Assembly: GCA_902762565.1 (NCBI GenBank)
Contig: CACWOS010000020.1
Coordinates: 25,235 to 89,234 of the forward strand
Direction of reading: 5' to 3'
Origin: an uncultured Prevotellaceae bacterium
GTDB taxonomy: Bacteria; Bacteroidota; Bacteroidia; Bacteroidales; Bacteroidaceae
Length of the DNA stretch: 64,000 nt
Made by a program: the position numbers and the translations under genes. The notes beneath the pieces were generated by a model. The model saw nothing but the letters and a program-made list of their open reading frames with translations, had not been told where the DNA came from and did not search any database. This document shows, one piece after another, positions 8,401-16,318 of this stretch. Position 1 is the first letter of the stretch. The number at the start of each line of letters is the position of its first letter.

Positions 8401-8465
8401 GAAGTGAGAAGTGAGAAGTGATAAGTGATAAGTATCGTTAGCAGAAGCCGTTTATTCTTTTTCAT
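5442..8465 (-). CDS. Large secreted two-domain protein: N-terminal pectate-lyase-fold (right-handed beta-helix) domain plus a C-terminal glycoside-hydrolase-like domain (DUF6298-like); exact activity unknown
   Basis: 1007-aa ORF with a signal peptide (MKKNKRLLLTILITYHFSLLTSLAQP). The N-terminal motifs (DDAAMIQAAIDW...GAVLLGEGTFIISEPLRI) are typical of the pectate-lyase superfamily. A low-complexity SRDS linker sits in the middle. It lies in an operon with PL1 and DUF3826 genes. Confidence 0.6.
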   Translation of the reverse strand: MKKNKRLLLTILITYHFSLLTSLAQPMDYSYCGYHCSEQPIPLVKAVTYVTPSGQDDAAMIQAAIDWVSQQKPDKQSGFRGAVLLGEGTFIISEPLRIRTSGVVLRGSGREKTILRKTGYDRGAAVYIEGTHDVVVKETFDVSDIQAGALNLSLITSRSSLQPGTRLAIHRPSTQEWINYLGCSSFGGGKRMGYWAWHAGDIDVRWNRQITAVNGNQVTLNAPLTCSIEQQWGGAKAIVYEEKGRLNECGIENLSLESDYDHARPLDEDHCWDGIYVAEAENCWVRMVNFQHFAGSAVVIQKSAQQVSVEDCMSTNPVSEIGGFRRRTFLTFGEMVLFQRCYSEHGINDFAVGHTAPGPNAFVQCESFESFGPSGAISSWAPGILFDIVNIDGNDIVFKNWELEKFGAGWSTANSTMWQSTASGLFCYSPDSLNRNYSRGCWGQIHGNGEYTEMNEHVKPYSLFASQLEKRLGRDVSQQCRVLERDLNASSSPTIEEAMKMAEEALKPRQTLQQWIEAARLDISRDSRISSFSRDSKDSRGSRDSREPSPSIYALTNGWLTKDGSVLVGRKHQTPWWNGRTTDAAMAKAKPALTRFVPGYEGTGGTDRIDSVIATMQRSNTLLFSQNYGLWTDRRRDDHERIRRKNGDAWAPFYEQPFARTGRVQSGFAALAWDGMTKYDLTTLNKWYFWRLQQFAKKAEPIGMLLKNQHYFQHNILEAGAHWVDCPWRTANNVNKTPFLEPVNFTGDKRIFTATLFYDITNPTLRELHRQYIRQSLDAFKGQPNVIHSIGEEFTGPLHFVQFWLDVIAEWEQENGKVLVALAVNKDVQDAILKDPKRSKVVDIIDIEQWFYHNKGEYTPPGGVNMAQRQYMRKIRTGSARFEDVYRAVSEYRTQYPDKAVVYSAQKAPEMGWAALMAGGSCANIPVKDEAFLKAIATMQVDSSQAKDGTYQLHGPKDVLVYKDSDKTVPVNDPKLKVVQIDLKTGKLTPLKERNLSGKGLFWLKQK
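6826..6898. repeat. TCTAGA-rich tandem repeat inside the CDS (encodes the linker SRDSRISSFSRDSKDSRGSRDSRE)
   Basis: tctagaatctctagagcctctggaatctttagagtctctagaaaaactagatattctagaatctctagat, containing several XbaI-type palindromes. Confidence 0.85.
8398..8434. repeat. Heptamer array (GTGAGAA/GTGATAA) that encodes the signal-peptide core of the 5442-8465 gene
   Basis: agagaagtgagaagtgagaagtgataagtgataagta; the minus-strand reading gives LITYHFSLLTS. Confidence 0.9.
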
Positions 8466-8823
8466 TGTTTCTAGGTAATACTGTTTTTGTTGTGGATATT
8501 AACATATTTATTAATTCATTACAATCATCCAGCAAACTTTGTGCTTCCATATCTGATAGATATTCAGATGCAGCTAACAATCGAATCCAATATCTTGTCT
8601 CATTCGCTTCTTTTAAAGAAATTTGCATTTTAGTGCCAAAATCTGCTTTTGATTGGGCGAATTGTGCTTCAGCGATATTTGCACCTATAGAAGTACCTGA
8701 ACGTAGGATTTGCTTAGAAATCACAAATTCACGTTGTTTATCTATTAAGTATTTGTTTAAGTTTACAATACGTATCGCAAAATTAAAACTCTTTTCTTCT
8801 AATATGCTTTTAATTTCACTCAT
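8452..8823 (-). CDS. Four-helix-bundle protein (23S rRNA intervening-sequence protein family)
   Basis: MSEIKSILEEKSFNFAIRIVNLNKYL...ISKQILRSGTSIGANIAEAQ...KMQISLKEANETRYWIRLL matches the family signature (SxGANIAEG, EANETxYWL). The ATG is at 8823; the ORF-track start at 8826 is GTG. The gene is markedly more AT-rich than its neighbours and overlaps the next start codon by 14 nt. Confidence 0.85.
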   Translation of the reverse strand: MSEIKSILEEKSFNFAIRIVNLNKYLIDKQREFVISKQILRSGTSIGANIAEAQFAQSKADFGTKMQISLKEANETRYWIRLLAASEYLSDMEAQSLLDDCNELINMLISTTKTVLPRNNEKE

Positions 8824-8859
8824 CACTTCTCACTTATCACTTCTCACTCATCACTTCTT
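8817..8859. repeat. Heptamer array (TTCTCAC/TTATCAC orientation), complementary to the 8398-8434 array
   Basis: 8830-8848 (tcacttatcacttctcact) is the perfect reverse complement of 8410-8428, 19 bp in all. The flanks extend this to about 30 of 34 paired positions. Confidence 0.85.
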
Positions 8860-9489
8860 TCGTTTCATCCAGGCATCACGTTCCTTCTTCAAGTCGTAGC
8901 CACGGGCAGAGAGCCAATTGTTGGTGCGACCGCGATACTTGTCGAACCAGAAGTGCTTACCTTTTGAGTCAGCAGCATCCATCGCATACTCGCGAGCCTC
9001 TTTGAGCCAGATCAGTACCTGAGCCTTTTCCTCTTCCGTGAGGCTTGGAATCATTTCCAACTGCGCATTGTAGTCGCGCTTCAGTCGTCCGTATGTCATT
9101 CCATCTTTGACAGCATCAATCTGCTCGTCGTTCAGGTAGAGTGCTAAAGCAGAGGCCAGTTCGAAGTGATGCTTGTAGAGTTCTGCATAGAGGGCATCCT
9201 CTTGGGTCTTCTTGTCGTACTTCGAATGGATGTCGTTCAGCAGAAAATAACGGTTGGCAATAATGTTACGCACGTTCTCTGCCTTCTGAGCATCGTTGAG
9301 CTGGAGGCCGTCGACAATCTTCTGGGCGCGTCCTTTGATGGTCTCTACATACTGTGGGTCCTGGCCCTCAGTTTTAAGGGCAACTTGGGCAGAAGAAGTG
9401 ATAAGTGATGAGTGATAAATGATAAGTATTAACAATACTTTCAACCACCACGTCACTTTCACTTCACATATTTTATTCCTTTTCATCAT
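8851..9489 (-). CDS. DUF3826 domain-containing protein (pectin-PUL-associated)
   Basis: 212 aa with a signal peptide. Its helical repeat sequence (KAQKIVDGLQLNDAQKAENVRNIIANRYF...) and its position next to a PL1 lyase are typical of DUF3826. Confidence 0.65.
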   Translation of the reverse strand: MMKRNKICEVKVTWWLKVLLILIIYHSSLITSSAQVALKTEGQDPQYVETIKGRAQKIVDGLQLNDAQKAENVRNIIANRYFLLNDIHSKYDKKTQEDALYAELYKHHFELASALALYLNDEQIDAVKDGMTYGRLKRDYNAQLEMIPSLTEEEKAQVLIWLKEAREYAMDAADSKGKHFWFDKYRGRTNNWLSARGYDLKKERDAWMKRKK

Positions 9490-9541
9490 TTCTCACTCAT
9501 CACTTATCACTCATCACTTATCACTCATCACTTCTCACTTC
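9392..9541. repeat. Pair of inverted heptamer arrays with a 22-bp perfect inverted repeat bracketing the DUF3826 start codon
   Basis: 9397-9418 (agtgataagtgatgagtgataa) is the perfect reverse complement of 9504-9525 (ttatcactcatcacttatcact). The 85-nt spacer contains the ATGs at 9489 and 9486. Confidence 0.9.
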
Positions 9542-11306
9542 AAAGTTTCCCTTTGGCAGCCAGCGTGTCGTAGTTATTGTTCAGATTGCGCCAGTCTGTC
9601 TTGGTTTGAGGATTAATGCCGTTGATGTACTTCTCGATGTTGGTATAGCCATCACCGTTGCAGTCAGCATTAGCGTCACTGGCATCGTTGGGATTCAGGC
9701 CATATCGTATCTCCCACTCATCAGGCATACCGTCATTGTCACTGTCCTTGTAGGGCTCCCAAGCCTTGTATTCAGGATAGCCACCCATCTGACGAGGATC
9801 GGTGATGATGCCCTGTTTGTAAGAGTCCTGGGGCAGACGACGATACTTGAAGAAGCCCTGTTCGTTCTGTGACTTCTTGTGCAGGCCCCACATGTCGCCA
9901 TAAGGATTCTGCTTGACACCCGTCTTCTTCTCAATCTTGGCCAGTTCCTTCTCGTAGTCCTTGACGAAGTAGGCCTGACCTGTGCGAACCTCCTCGCAGA
10001 TGCGCTGGTCCACGATATCGCGACAAGGAATGGTAGCACCAGCATTCGCAAGTACCCATTCAAAAGCCTGCTCAGCACCCATGACTTTCAGGTAGGGCAT
10101 CTCGAAGGGTTCATTTGAACGCATCAGTGCCTTCTCTGTCTCGTCCATATCACCATCCTTATCGGCGGTCTGAACGCCACCGTCCCAGTTGTCCTTTGTT
10201 ACTTTATCATTACCCTCCATGATATTGCCTACAGCATAGACGCGACCAAACTGCTTGAAGGGGAACAAACCCTGTGAACGGCTCTCAGCCTTCACGATAC
10301 GACGTCCGACAGGTGTATCTGTGGGTGTGAGAGGGCCTGGCTTGTAGTAGTTGTTGATGAAGTTCGACATCGTGGTAAACTCGCCACCATCAGCCGTGCG
10401 GTGTACCCAGTTATAGACAATGTTATTGACGAAGTTGAACACGCCACCCCATCCGATGGAGGGGTTACGGCCAGTATTATCTGCCCACAGATTGCGCATA
10501 AAGGTGGTGTTTTCGCCACCAATGGTCGAACCAAAGGCATGATTCCATGTGTCTAGGGCCTTAGCAGAGATGGTGTTCTGAATGGTCACGTTGACAGTCG
10601 GTTCCTTGCGGTTGGGCTTGCCATCCTTCATATCGAACATGTGACGATAAAATGAGATGTTTTCGTCCAATCCCCACTCACATGAACAGTGGTCAATCAT
10701 GATGTTACCTACAGGGTTGCCACCAAACGAGTCTTCACGATTGGTGACCAATGTCTCGCCACGACGGAAACGCATATGGCGGACAATGACGTCGTGTGTA
10801 TCAACCTGGAATGACTCGCCAGCAATGATGACACCATCGCCAGGTGCTGTTTGTCCGGCTATCGTGATATAAGGACCACGCACGTAGATGGGCGACTTCA
10901 GACGGATAATACCACTGACGTTGAACACCACGATACGCGCACCACCCTGCTCACAGGCCCAGCGGAACGAGCCAGGACCGTCATCGTTCAGGTTGGTGAC
11001 GGTGAGCACTTTGCCACCTCGTCCACCAAAGGTGAACATACCACCACCCTCAGCACCAGGGAATGCAGGAATCTTGGCTTGGCGCAGATCGTAGGGACGA
11101 GCGGCCCAGGGCACGTAGGGACGGCCTTCTTTAGCCTCTTTGATGACGATGGGGAATGCTATCTCCCAAGCGGAGTCGGCATGTGCCTTCCACTGTGCTT
11201 TCTGTTCTGCAATAAGCTTCTTGGCCTCATCGGTGAGGTCTGGATACTGTGCACTGGCTGTCACACTCATGAGGCCAGCCACTGCCATTAAAATTACTTT
11301 CTTCAT
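9540..11306 (-). CDS. Pectate lyase, polysaccharide lyase family 1, with a C-terminal acidic Ca-binding-type repeat
   Basis: AFPGAEGGGMFTFGGRGGKVLTVTNLNDDGPGSFRWACEQGGARIVVFNVSGII...ITIAGQTAPGDGV...HMRFRRG are PL1 hallmarks. The C-terminus reads DSDNDGMPDEWE...DANADCNGDGYTNIEKY. Confidence 0.85.
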   Translation of the reverse strand: MKKVILMAVAGLMSVTASAQYPDLTDEAKKLIAEQKAQWKAHADSAWEIAFPIVIKEAKEGRPYVPWAARPYDLRQAKIPAFPGAEGGGMFTFGGRGGKVLTVTNLNDDGPGSFRWACEQGGARIVVFNVSGIIRLKSPIYVRGPYITIAGQTAPGDGVIIAGESFQVDTHDVIVRHMRFRRGETLVTNREDSFGGNPVGNIMIDHCSCEWGLDENISFYRHMFDMKDGKPNRKEPTVNVTIQNTISAKALDTWNHAFGSTIGGENTTFMRNLWADNTGRNPSIGWGGVFNFVNNIVYNWVHRTADGGEFTTMSNFINNYYKPGPLTPTDTPVGRRIVKAESRSQGLFPFKQFGRVYAVGNIMEGNDKVTKDNWDGGVQTADKDGDMDETEKALMRSNEPFEMPYLKVMGAEQAFEWVLANAGATIPCRDIVDQRICEEVRTGQAYFVKDYEKELAKIEKKTGVKQNPYGDMWGLHKKSQNEQGFFKYRRLPQDSYKQGIITDPRQMGGYPEYKAWEPYKDSDNDGMPDEWEIRYGLNPNDASDANADCNGDGYTNIEKYINGINPQTKTDWRNLNNNYDTLAAKGKL

Positions 11307-11428
11307 AACGATATGTCTTAGTTCTGCTTAGTTTTTCTTTATAGACGTACATATTATAATAATGTCATCATATCACAAAAAACTAAATAAATTTGGTATT
11401 TCTCTCACTTATTCGTACCTTTGCAGCC

Positions 11429-13504
11429 ATGAATCGACTAAACATGCTATTGATGGCCTTGCTGACGACAACGATTGCTGTCGCCCAAACTGATACGGCA
11501 ACAGTAAAAGGGGAGCAGTTAGAGGAGGTTATTGTCAATGCCAACAATGCGCAACGTCGTCTTGGTGCCGTCCAGATTGGTGCCGAGCAGATACAGGTCA
11601 AGGAACTGACCAGCAAACCTGTCTTGTTTGGTGAGGCAGACATTATGCGTTCTGTCCAGCTGTTGCCTGGCGTGAAGGCCGAGAGCGATGCTTCGAGCAG
11701 TTTCCAGGTACGAGGTGGCACGTCAGCACAGAACACTATCCTATATGATGAGGCTCCAGTCTATAACGTTGGACACCTGGCAGGACTTTTCTCTGCCTTC
11801 AACGATGATGCATTGGCAACGGCCACACTTTATAAAGGACTGATTCCTGCCCAGTTTGGTGGGGCCTCGTCTGCCGTTTTCGACATAGCCACACGTACAG
11901 GTAATCGCCAACAGTGGCACGGTTCTGCTACGATAGGACTGTTGGCCGCCAAAGCATCGGTAGAGGGACCCGTTGTGAAAGATAAGCTGGGTGTGCTGTT
12001 TAATATCCGTCGCTCGTATGCAGATATGTTTCTGAAGTTGAGCAACGATTTCCGTGGCAACACGCTTTATTTCTATGATACCAATCTGAAGCTTGACTAT
12101 CAGTTGAACGACCGCAATCAGCTCTTCTTCTCCTTCTTTGCCAGTCATGACAGAACGGCTATCGAGGATATGGTGGACATTCGCTGGACCAATATTGCAG
12201 GCTCGTTGTCGTGGTTGAGCTATCTGGGACATCACTCAACCAGTCAGACCACGTTGTTGGCCTCATCGTATGACACGGATAACGGCATCTGGCTATTGGG
12301 TACAAATATCGCCTATCTTGGACATATCCGTCATGTGGGCCTGCGCCAGAACTTCCGTATTTTGACTGGTCGCCACGAGATTAATGCTGGTTTGCAGACA
12401 ATGCTGACCGATGTTAAGTCTGCAGAGTGGCAACGAGTGACCAATCATGAGAAGGAACAGCGTAAGGCTTGGGATAACGCGTTGTGGGCCAACTGGCAAT
12501 ATGAGGTGTCTGAGCGTCTGGCCTTCTCTGCAGGATTGCGACTGACGGCATTCTCGGCCTTAGGCGGTCCGTTCTACTATGACATAGATGACTCAGGACA
12601 GATTACGTGGATGTATCGTCGCAAGAAGAATCGTCCAGTCAAGACCCATGTCACCTTAGAGCCTCGCCTCAGCATGGTGTGGAAAGCAACACCTTTGCTC
12701 AGCATCAAGGCAGGTTATAGCCGTACTAGTCAGAACATTCACGCACTGCGCAACCAGAGTACATCGACACCTTTCGACCGCTATACGATGAGTTCGAATC
12801 TAGTAAAACCAGAGATAGCCAATCAGGTGAGTTTAGGGTTCTTTGCTATGACACCTTCGCAGGACTATGACTTCTCGCTCGAAGGCTACTATCGTCATGT
12901 GGACAATGTGCTCGACTATCGTGACGGCATCAGCTTTTCGTCTGCTATCGAGATTGAGCGACTGGTGTTGGCAGGCAAGGGCAGGGGGTATGGCGCAGAG
13001 CTATGTGCCAGAAAGAATAAGGGACGTCTGACGGGTTGGCTCAGCTATACGCTGTCGTGGAGTCAGACGCAGATAGAAGGTATCAATCAAGGCCGTTGGT
13101 ATGATGCCAATAACGACCGTCGTCATGACATTAACATTGTTGCCAGCTACCGGCTGTCGCCTCGTTGGCTGTTCAGTGCCGTATGGGTCTATAATTCTGG
13201 TCAGGCCTTTACAGCACCCAGTGCCAAGTATGAGATTATTGACAACTACATCTATTATTATGCTGAGCGTAACGGATACCGTGCCCCAGATTATCATCAT
13301 CTGGACGTGAGTGCCACGTGGACTAAGAAAATCAAGGGCGGCCGTATGACACGAGAGTGGGTGTTTGGCATCTACAATCTCTACAACCGCTATAATCCCT
13401 ACTTGATTAATTTCGAGGATTCGAAGAGCGGAAAGCGTACCAAGGCCAAGCAGTACAGCCTCTTTGGTATCGTACCTTCCGTATCGTTCAACATTAAATT
13501 TTAA
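11429..13504 (+). CDS. TonB-dependent outer-membrane receptor
   Basis: Signal peptide (MNRLNMLLMALLTTTIAVAQ), a plug domain (FGEADIMRSVQLLPGVKAESDASSSFQVRGG) and a C-terminal beta-barrel ending in F. A TAccTTTG box at 11416-11423 excludes the 11393 start; a start at 11444 is also possible. Confidence 0.85.
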   Translation: MNRLNMLLMALLTTTIAVAQTDTATVKGEQLEEVIVNANNAQRRLGAVQIGAEQIQVKELTSKPVLFGEADIMRSVQLLPGVKAESDASSSFQVRGGTSAQNTILYDEAPVYNVGHLAGLFSAFNDDALATATLYKGLIPAQFGGASSAVFDIATRTGNRQQWHGSATIGLLAAKASVEGPVVKDKLGVLFNIRRSYADMFLKLSNDFRGNTLYFYDTNLKLDYQLNDRNQLFFSFFASHDRTAIEDMVDIRWTNIAGSLSWLSYLGHHSTSQTTLLASSYDTDNGIWLLGTNIAYLGHIRHVGLRQNFRILTGRHEINAGLQTMLTDVKSAEWQRVTNHEKEQRKAWDNALWANWQYEVSERLAFSAGLRLTAFSALGGPFYYDIDDSGQITWMYRRKKNRPVKTHVTLEPRLSMVWKATPLLSIKAGYSRTSQNIHALRNQSTSTPFDRYTMSSNLVKPEIANQVSLGFFAMTPSQDYDFSLEGYYRHVDNVLDYRDGISFSSAIEIERLVLAGKGRGYGAELCARKNKGRLTGWLSYTLSWSQTQIEGINQGRWYDANNDRRHDINIVASYRLSPRWLFSAVWVYNSGQAFTAPSAKYEIIDNYIYYYAERNGYRAPDYHHLDVSATWTKKIKGGRMTREWVFGIYNLYNRYNPYLINFEDSKSGKRTKAKQYSLFGIVPSVSFNIKF

Positions 13505-13530
13505 GAAGTTAAAGAAGTTAAAGAAGATAT

Positions 13531-14364
13531 ATGAAGTTAAAGACAATAGTTTCGTTGTGGTCCTTTGTCCTTTTACTTTTATCCTGCGAGAAAGAGATAG
13601 ACGTCGACTACCATCAGGTAGACCAACTCTATGTGGCAGAGGGCCTGGTGACGCAGGATGGTACGACGAATCGGACTAATAGGCCGACTTATGTGCGCCT
13701 GACTACCACACAGGATATGACAGATAATGTGTCGAATGGGCACAATCTGGCTGGGGCAACCGTCGTGCTTTCTGAAGAGGGCTGCGTCGTTGATACCCTG
13801 CGCTATTGGCGTAACGGCTATTATGTTTCAAACTGTCAGGGATTTGAAGGTTGTAAATATACGATTGATATCTATCTGGACGGTAACCATTTTCAGTCGT
13901 CATCCGTCATGCAGGCTGAGCCTCAGTTCTCTAGTTTCCGTTTTGTATGGAAGGACGTGCTGACAGAGCGCATGCTCTTTGCCGACTTGAAGATTAATGA
14001 TGTCAGTGGTCAGAACAACTACTACTTTATGCACATCTATCGCAATGGGATAGGCTATCGTTGGGCTGTGATGGACGACTCGCACAATCCTGGCGGCGAA
14101 CTGCAACAGCTATTCAGTTGTACCACTGAGCGCAATCTTGATAAGAATGATGATGACGGGCTGAAGGATGGCGACAAGATACATGTGGAGATACGTTCCA
14201 TAGACCGCCGCACGTACGACTACTTCTATTCTTTGCAGGTGATGCAGAACTCTGGCACTAATCCTGTTCAGAACTTCACTGGCGGCTGTTTGGGCTATTT
14301 CTCTGCCTGCTACATTGTCAACTACGACACCACCTTCCGTCGCGCTGACGTCGAAACGGAATAA
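13531..14364 (+). CDS. DUF4249-family lipoprotein (usual partner of this TonB-receptor type)
   Basis: Lipoprotein signal (LLLLSCEK), about 277 aa, immediately downstream of the receptor. The family assignment rests on gene order and overall look. Confidence 0.5.
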   Translation: MKLKTIVSLWSFVLLLLSCEKEIDVDYHQVDQLYVAEGLVTQDGTTNRTNRPTYVRLTTTQDMTDNVSNGHNLAGATVVLSEEGCVVDTLRYWRNGYYVSNCQGFEGCKYTIDIYLDGNHFQSSSVMQAEPQFSSFRFVWKDVLTERMLFADLKINDVSGQNNYYFMHIYRNGIGYRWAVMDDSHNPGGELQQLFSCTTERNLDKNDDDGLKDGDKIHVEIRSIDRRTYDYFYSLQVMQNSGTNPVQNFTGGCLGYFSACYIVNYDTTFRRADVETE

Positions 14365-14365
14365 T

Positions 14366-14436
14366 TCTCACTTATCGTTTATCACTTATCCTTTATCACT
14401 TATCACCTCTCGCTTATCACTCCTCGCTCCTCACTT
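14366..14436. repeat. Heptamer array (TTATCAC orientation) between convergent genes, overlapping the last codons of the 14417-14863 gene
   Basis: ctcacttatcgtttatcacttatcctttatcacttatcacctctcgcttatcactcctcgctcctcac. Confidence 0.85.
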
Positions 14437-14863
14437 CCATGTCGTCCGTCCTGTCGAGTGTGACAAGGGCTATAACGGTTTGTTCGTTGAATTCGAACTT
14501 ATATTCTGCTTTGATTTGTTTGTTGGAGAACGACTGGATGACCCAGTGCATTAATCGGTCCTGACCGTCAGCCAGTTTGCCTTCGATACGAATTTCAGCA
14601 CTACCAGCACGATATTTTCCATCCATTTGTCCGTCAGGATAGGTGATGGTTACAGTGCTGTCCTTGCGGAATATCACGTGGTCGTAGCTAAAGCTAAGCC
14701 CTGTTTCCTCTTCGCTCTGCAATTCATAGCTGAAAGCCCACGTGCCAGGCAGCAACTCTGCCACAGCATAATCATCGTCGCTCAGCTTATCGCACCCTAT
14801 CAACGAACCAGCCATCAGCACCACAGACAGTAGCAGAAAAGTGTATCTTATCTTTTTTATCAT
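14417..14863 (-). CDS. Hypothetical lipoprotein
   Basis: MIKKIRYTFLLLSVVLMAGSLIGCDK is a lipobox. No family recognised. Confidence 0.6.
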   Translation of the reverse strand: MIKKIRYTFLLLSVVLMAGSLIGCDKLSDDDYAVAELLPGTWAFSYELQSEEETGLSFSYDHVIFRKDSTVTITYPDGQMDGKYRAGSAEIRIEGKLADGQDRLMHWVIQSFSNKQIKAEYKFEFNEQTVIALVTLDRTDDMEVRSEE

Positions 14864-15022
14864 GTTGCAAAGGTAGGCTTTATTTTTGAAAAGCCCAAAA
14901 AATAAAGGCTTTTTCGCTTATTTTTTATCGAAATATTTGGTGGTTTTAAGAAAAAGTAATATATTTGCACCGTAAAAATGAAAACTATTTAGTAACATTA
15001 TTAACTATAAAACGTAATTTTT

Positions 15023-16168
15023 ATGAAGAAAACTAATTTTTTGTATGCATCACTCATGATGGCGGCATGCACATTCGGTGTGCAGTCTTGTACAGTAGAT
15101 GACAACCCTGCTCCCGATCCTACGATTCTCACGGAAGTATTTACCTACGACTTTGAAGCAGCTTTCAATGCTAGTGAGAATCCTGCTAACAAGAATGGTA
15201 GTGCAGCCAATGGTCAGGCGTTCTATGGATGGGAAGGCGCTGAGAAAACTGACAGCAAGCGTCAGGACTACAAGGGTTACGAATGGGCAGAGGGTAGTGT
15301 ACTGCCTGAGGTTTGCCATGTATGGCGTCGTAGCGACCGTATAAATGGTAACATCAAAGATGGTGGTCTTTACTGCCCCAGTGACAGAGAAATGGCTATT
15401 GATGGTCTGTCGGAAGGTTCTATTGTCCAGATTACATATGATGCTCCTGAAAAGGCCGATCAGACTTCTCTGAAGGATATTCCATTCGGAAATTGGAGCG
15501 CATGGGTTGGCGGTGAATTGACTAATCCTTGGGATCCCGAATGGCATGAAGGTGAAGCTTCAGGCCAGCCCTATGGTGACGGTAGTGTTAATGCTTATGC
15601 AGATCTCTCAGAATATGCTAAGCTTATAGTTGTTGCGACAGACGGAACTCCACGTATGCTTTTCAATCGTGATGCAGATGGTGGTCAGTGCAGCGAGAAT
15701 GAGGCTGAGTCTCACCTGATTGACAATACTAATGCAGGATGTATGACTTGGGCTGCCAAGTATTTCTCTTCTAAACCTGGCGAAAATGAGGGTGAGACGA
15801 TTTGGACTGTTGACTTGGCTCAGATGGTAAAGGATAAGGGCTACGCCCACTTGCACGCTATCAAAGGTGGTAACTGGGCAAACTGCACAGTTACTAGCAT
15901 GAAGGTTGAGGGCTATCCTTATAAGGAGAAGCTGCTTTGGGCTATTGGTTCTTCAGAGGAACTTGGTGCTCGTGCAGAAGCTCAAATCGAAGGTGTTGAC
16001 GAGGTGGTCATTTCTGGTCAGACAGAGATCGCTTCTGGTGCTAATATCTTGATTAAGTCTGTAACACCTGCTGAGAACGGTACTGGCTACATCGTAGTGA
16101 AGGTTAAGAAGGGTATGACCATCAAGAAGGTTGTGATTACCAACTTCACTGAGCAGATGCCTTACTAA
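15023..16168 (+). CDS. Hypothetical lipoprotein
   Basis: MKKTNFLYASLMMAACTFGVQSCT is a lipobox; a hairpin terminator follows. No family recognised. Confidence 0.6.
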   Translation: MKKTNFLYASLMMAACTFGVQSCTVDDNPAPDPTILTEVFTYDFEAAFNASENPANKNGSAANGQAFYGWEGAEKTDSKRQDYKGYEWAEGSVLPEVCHVWRRSDRINGNIKDGGLYCPSDREMAIDGLSEGSIVQITYDAPEKADQTSLKDIPFGNWSAWVGGELTNPWDPEWHEGEASGQPYGDGSVNAYADLSEYAKLIVVATDGTPRMLFNRDADGGQCSENEAESHLIDNTNAGCMTWAAKYFSSKPGENEGETIWTVDLAQMVKDKGYAHLHAIKGGNWANCTVTSMKVEGYPYKEKLLWAIGSSEELGARAEAQIEGVDEVVISGQTEIASGANILIKSVTPAENGTGYIVVKVKKGMTIKKVVITNFTEQMPY

Positions 16169-16192
16169 TAATGATTTAATCAATCAATAACA

Positions 16193-16225
16193 AAAGTGAC
16201 TCCGCAATTCGCGGGGTCACTTTTG
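16193..16225 (+). terminator. Rho-independent terminator
   Basis: aaaagtgactccgc-aatt-gcggggtcactttt followed by a T-run. Confidence 0.8.
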
Positions 16226-16318
16226 TGTATATAGACAGAAAAAAAAGAGGGAAATGATGACATGATGAGTGCTAAATCGTCTTAAATGATGTAAAACTAT
16301 GTAGTCTACAAAACAAAA

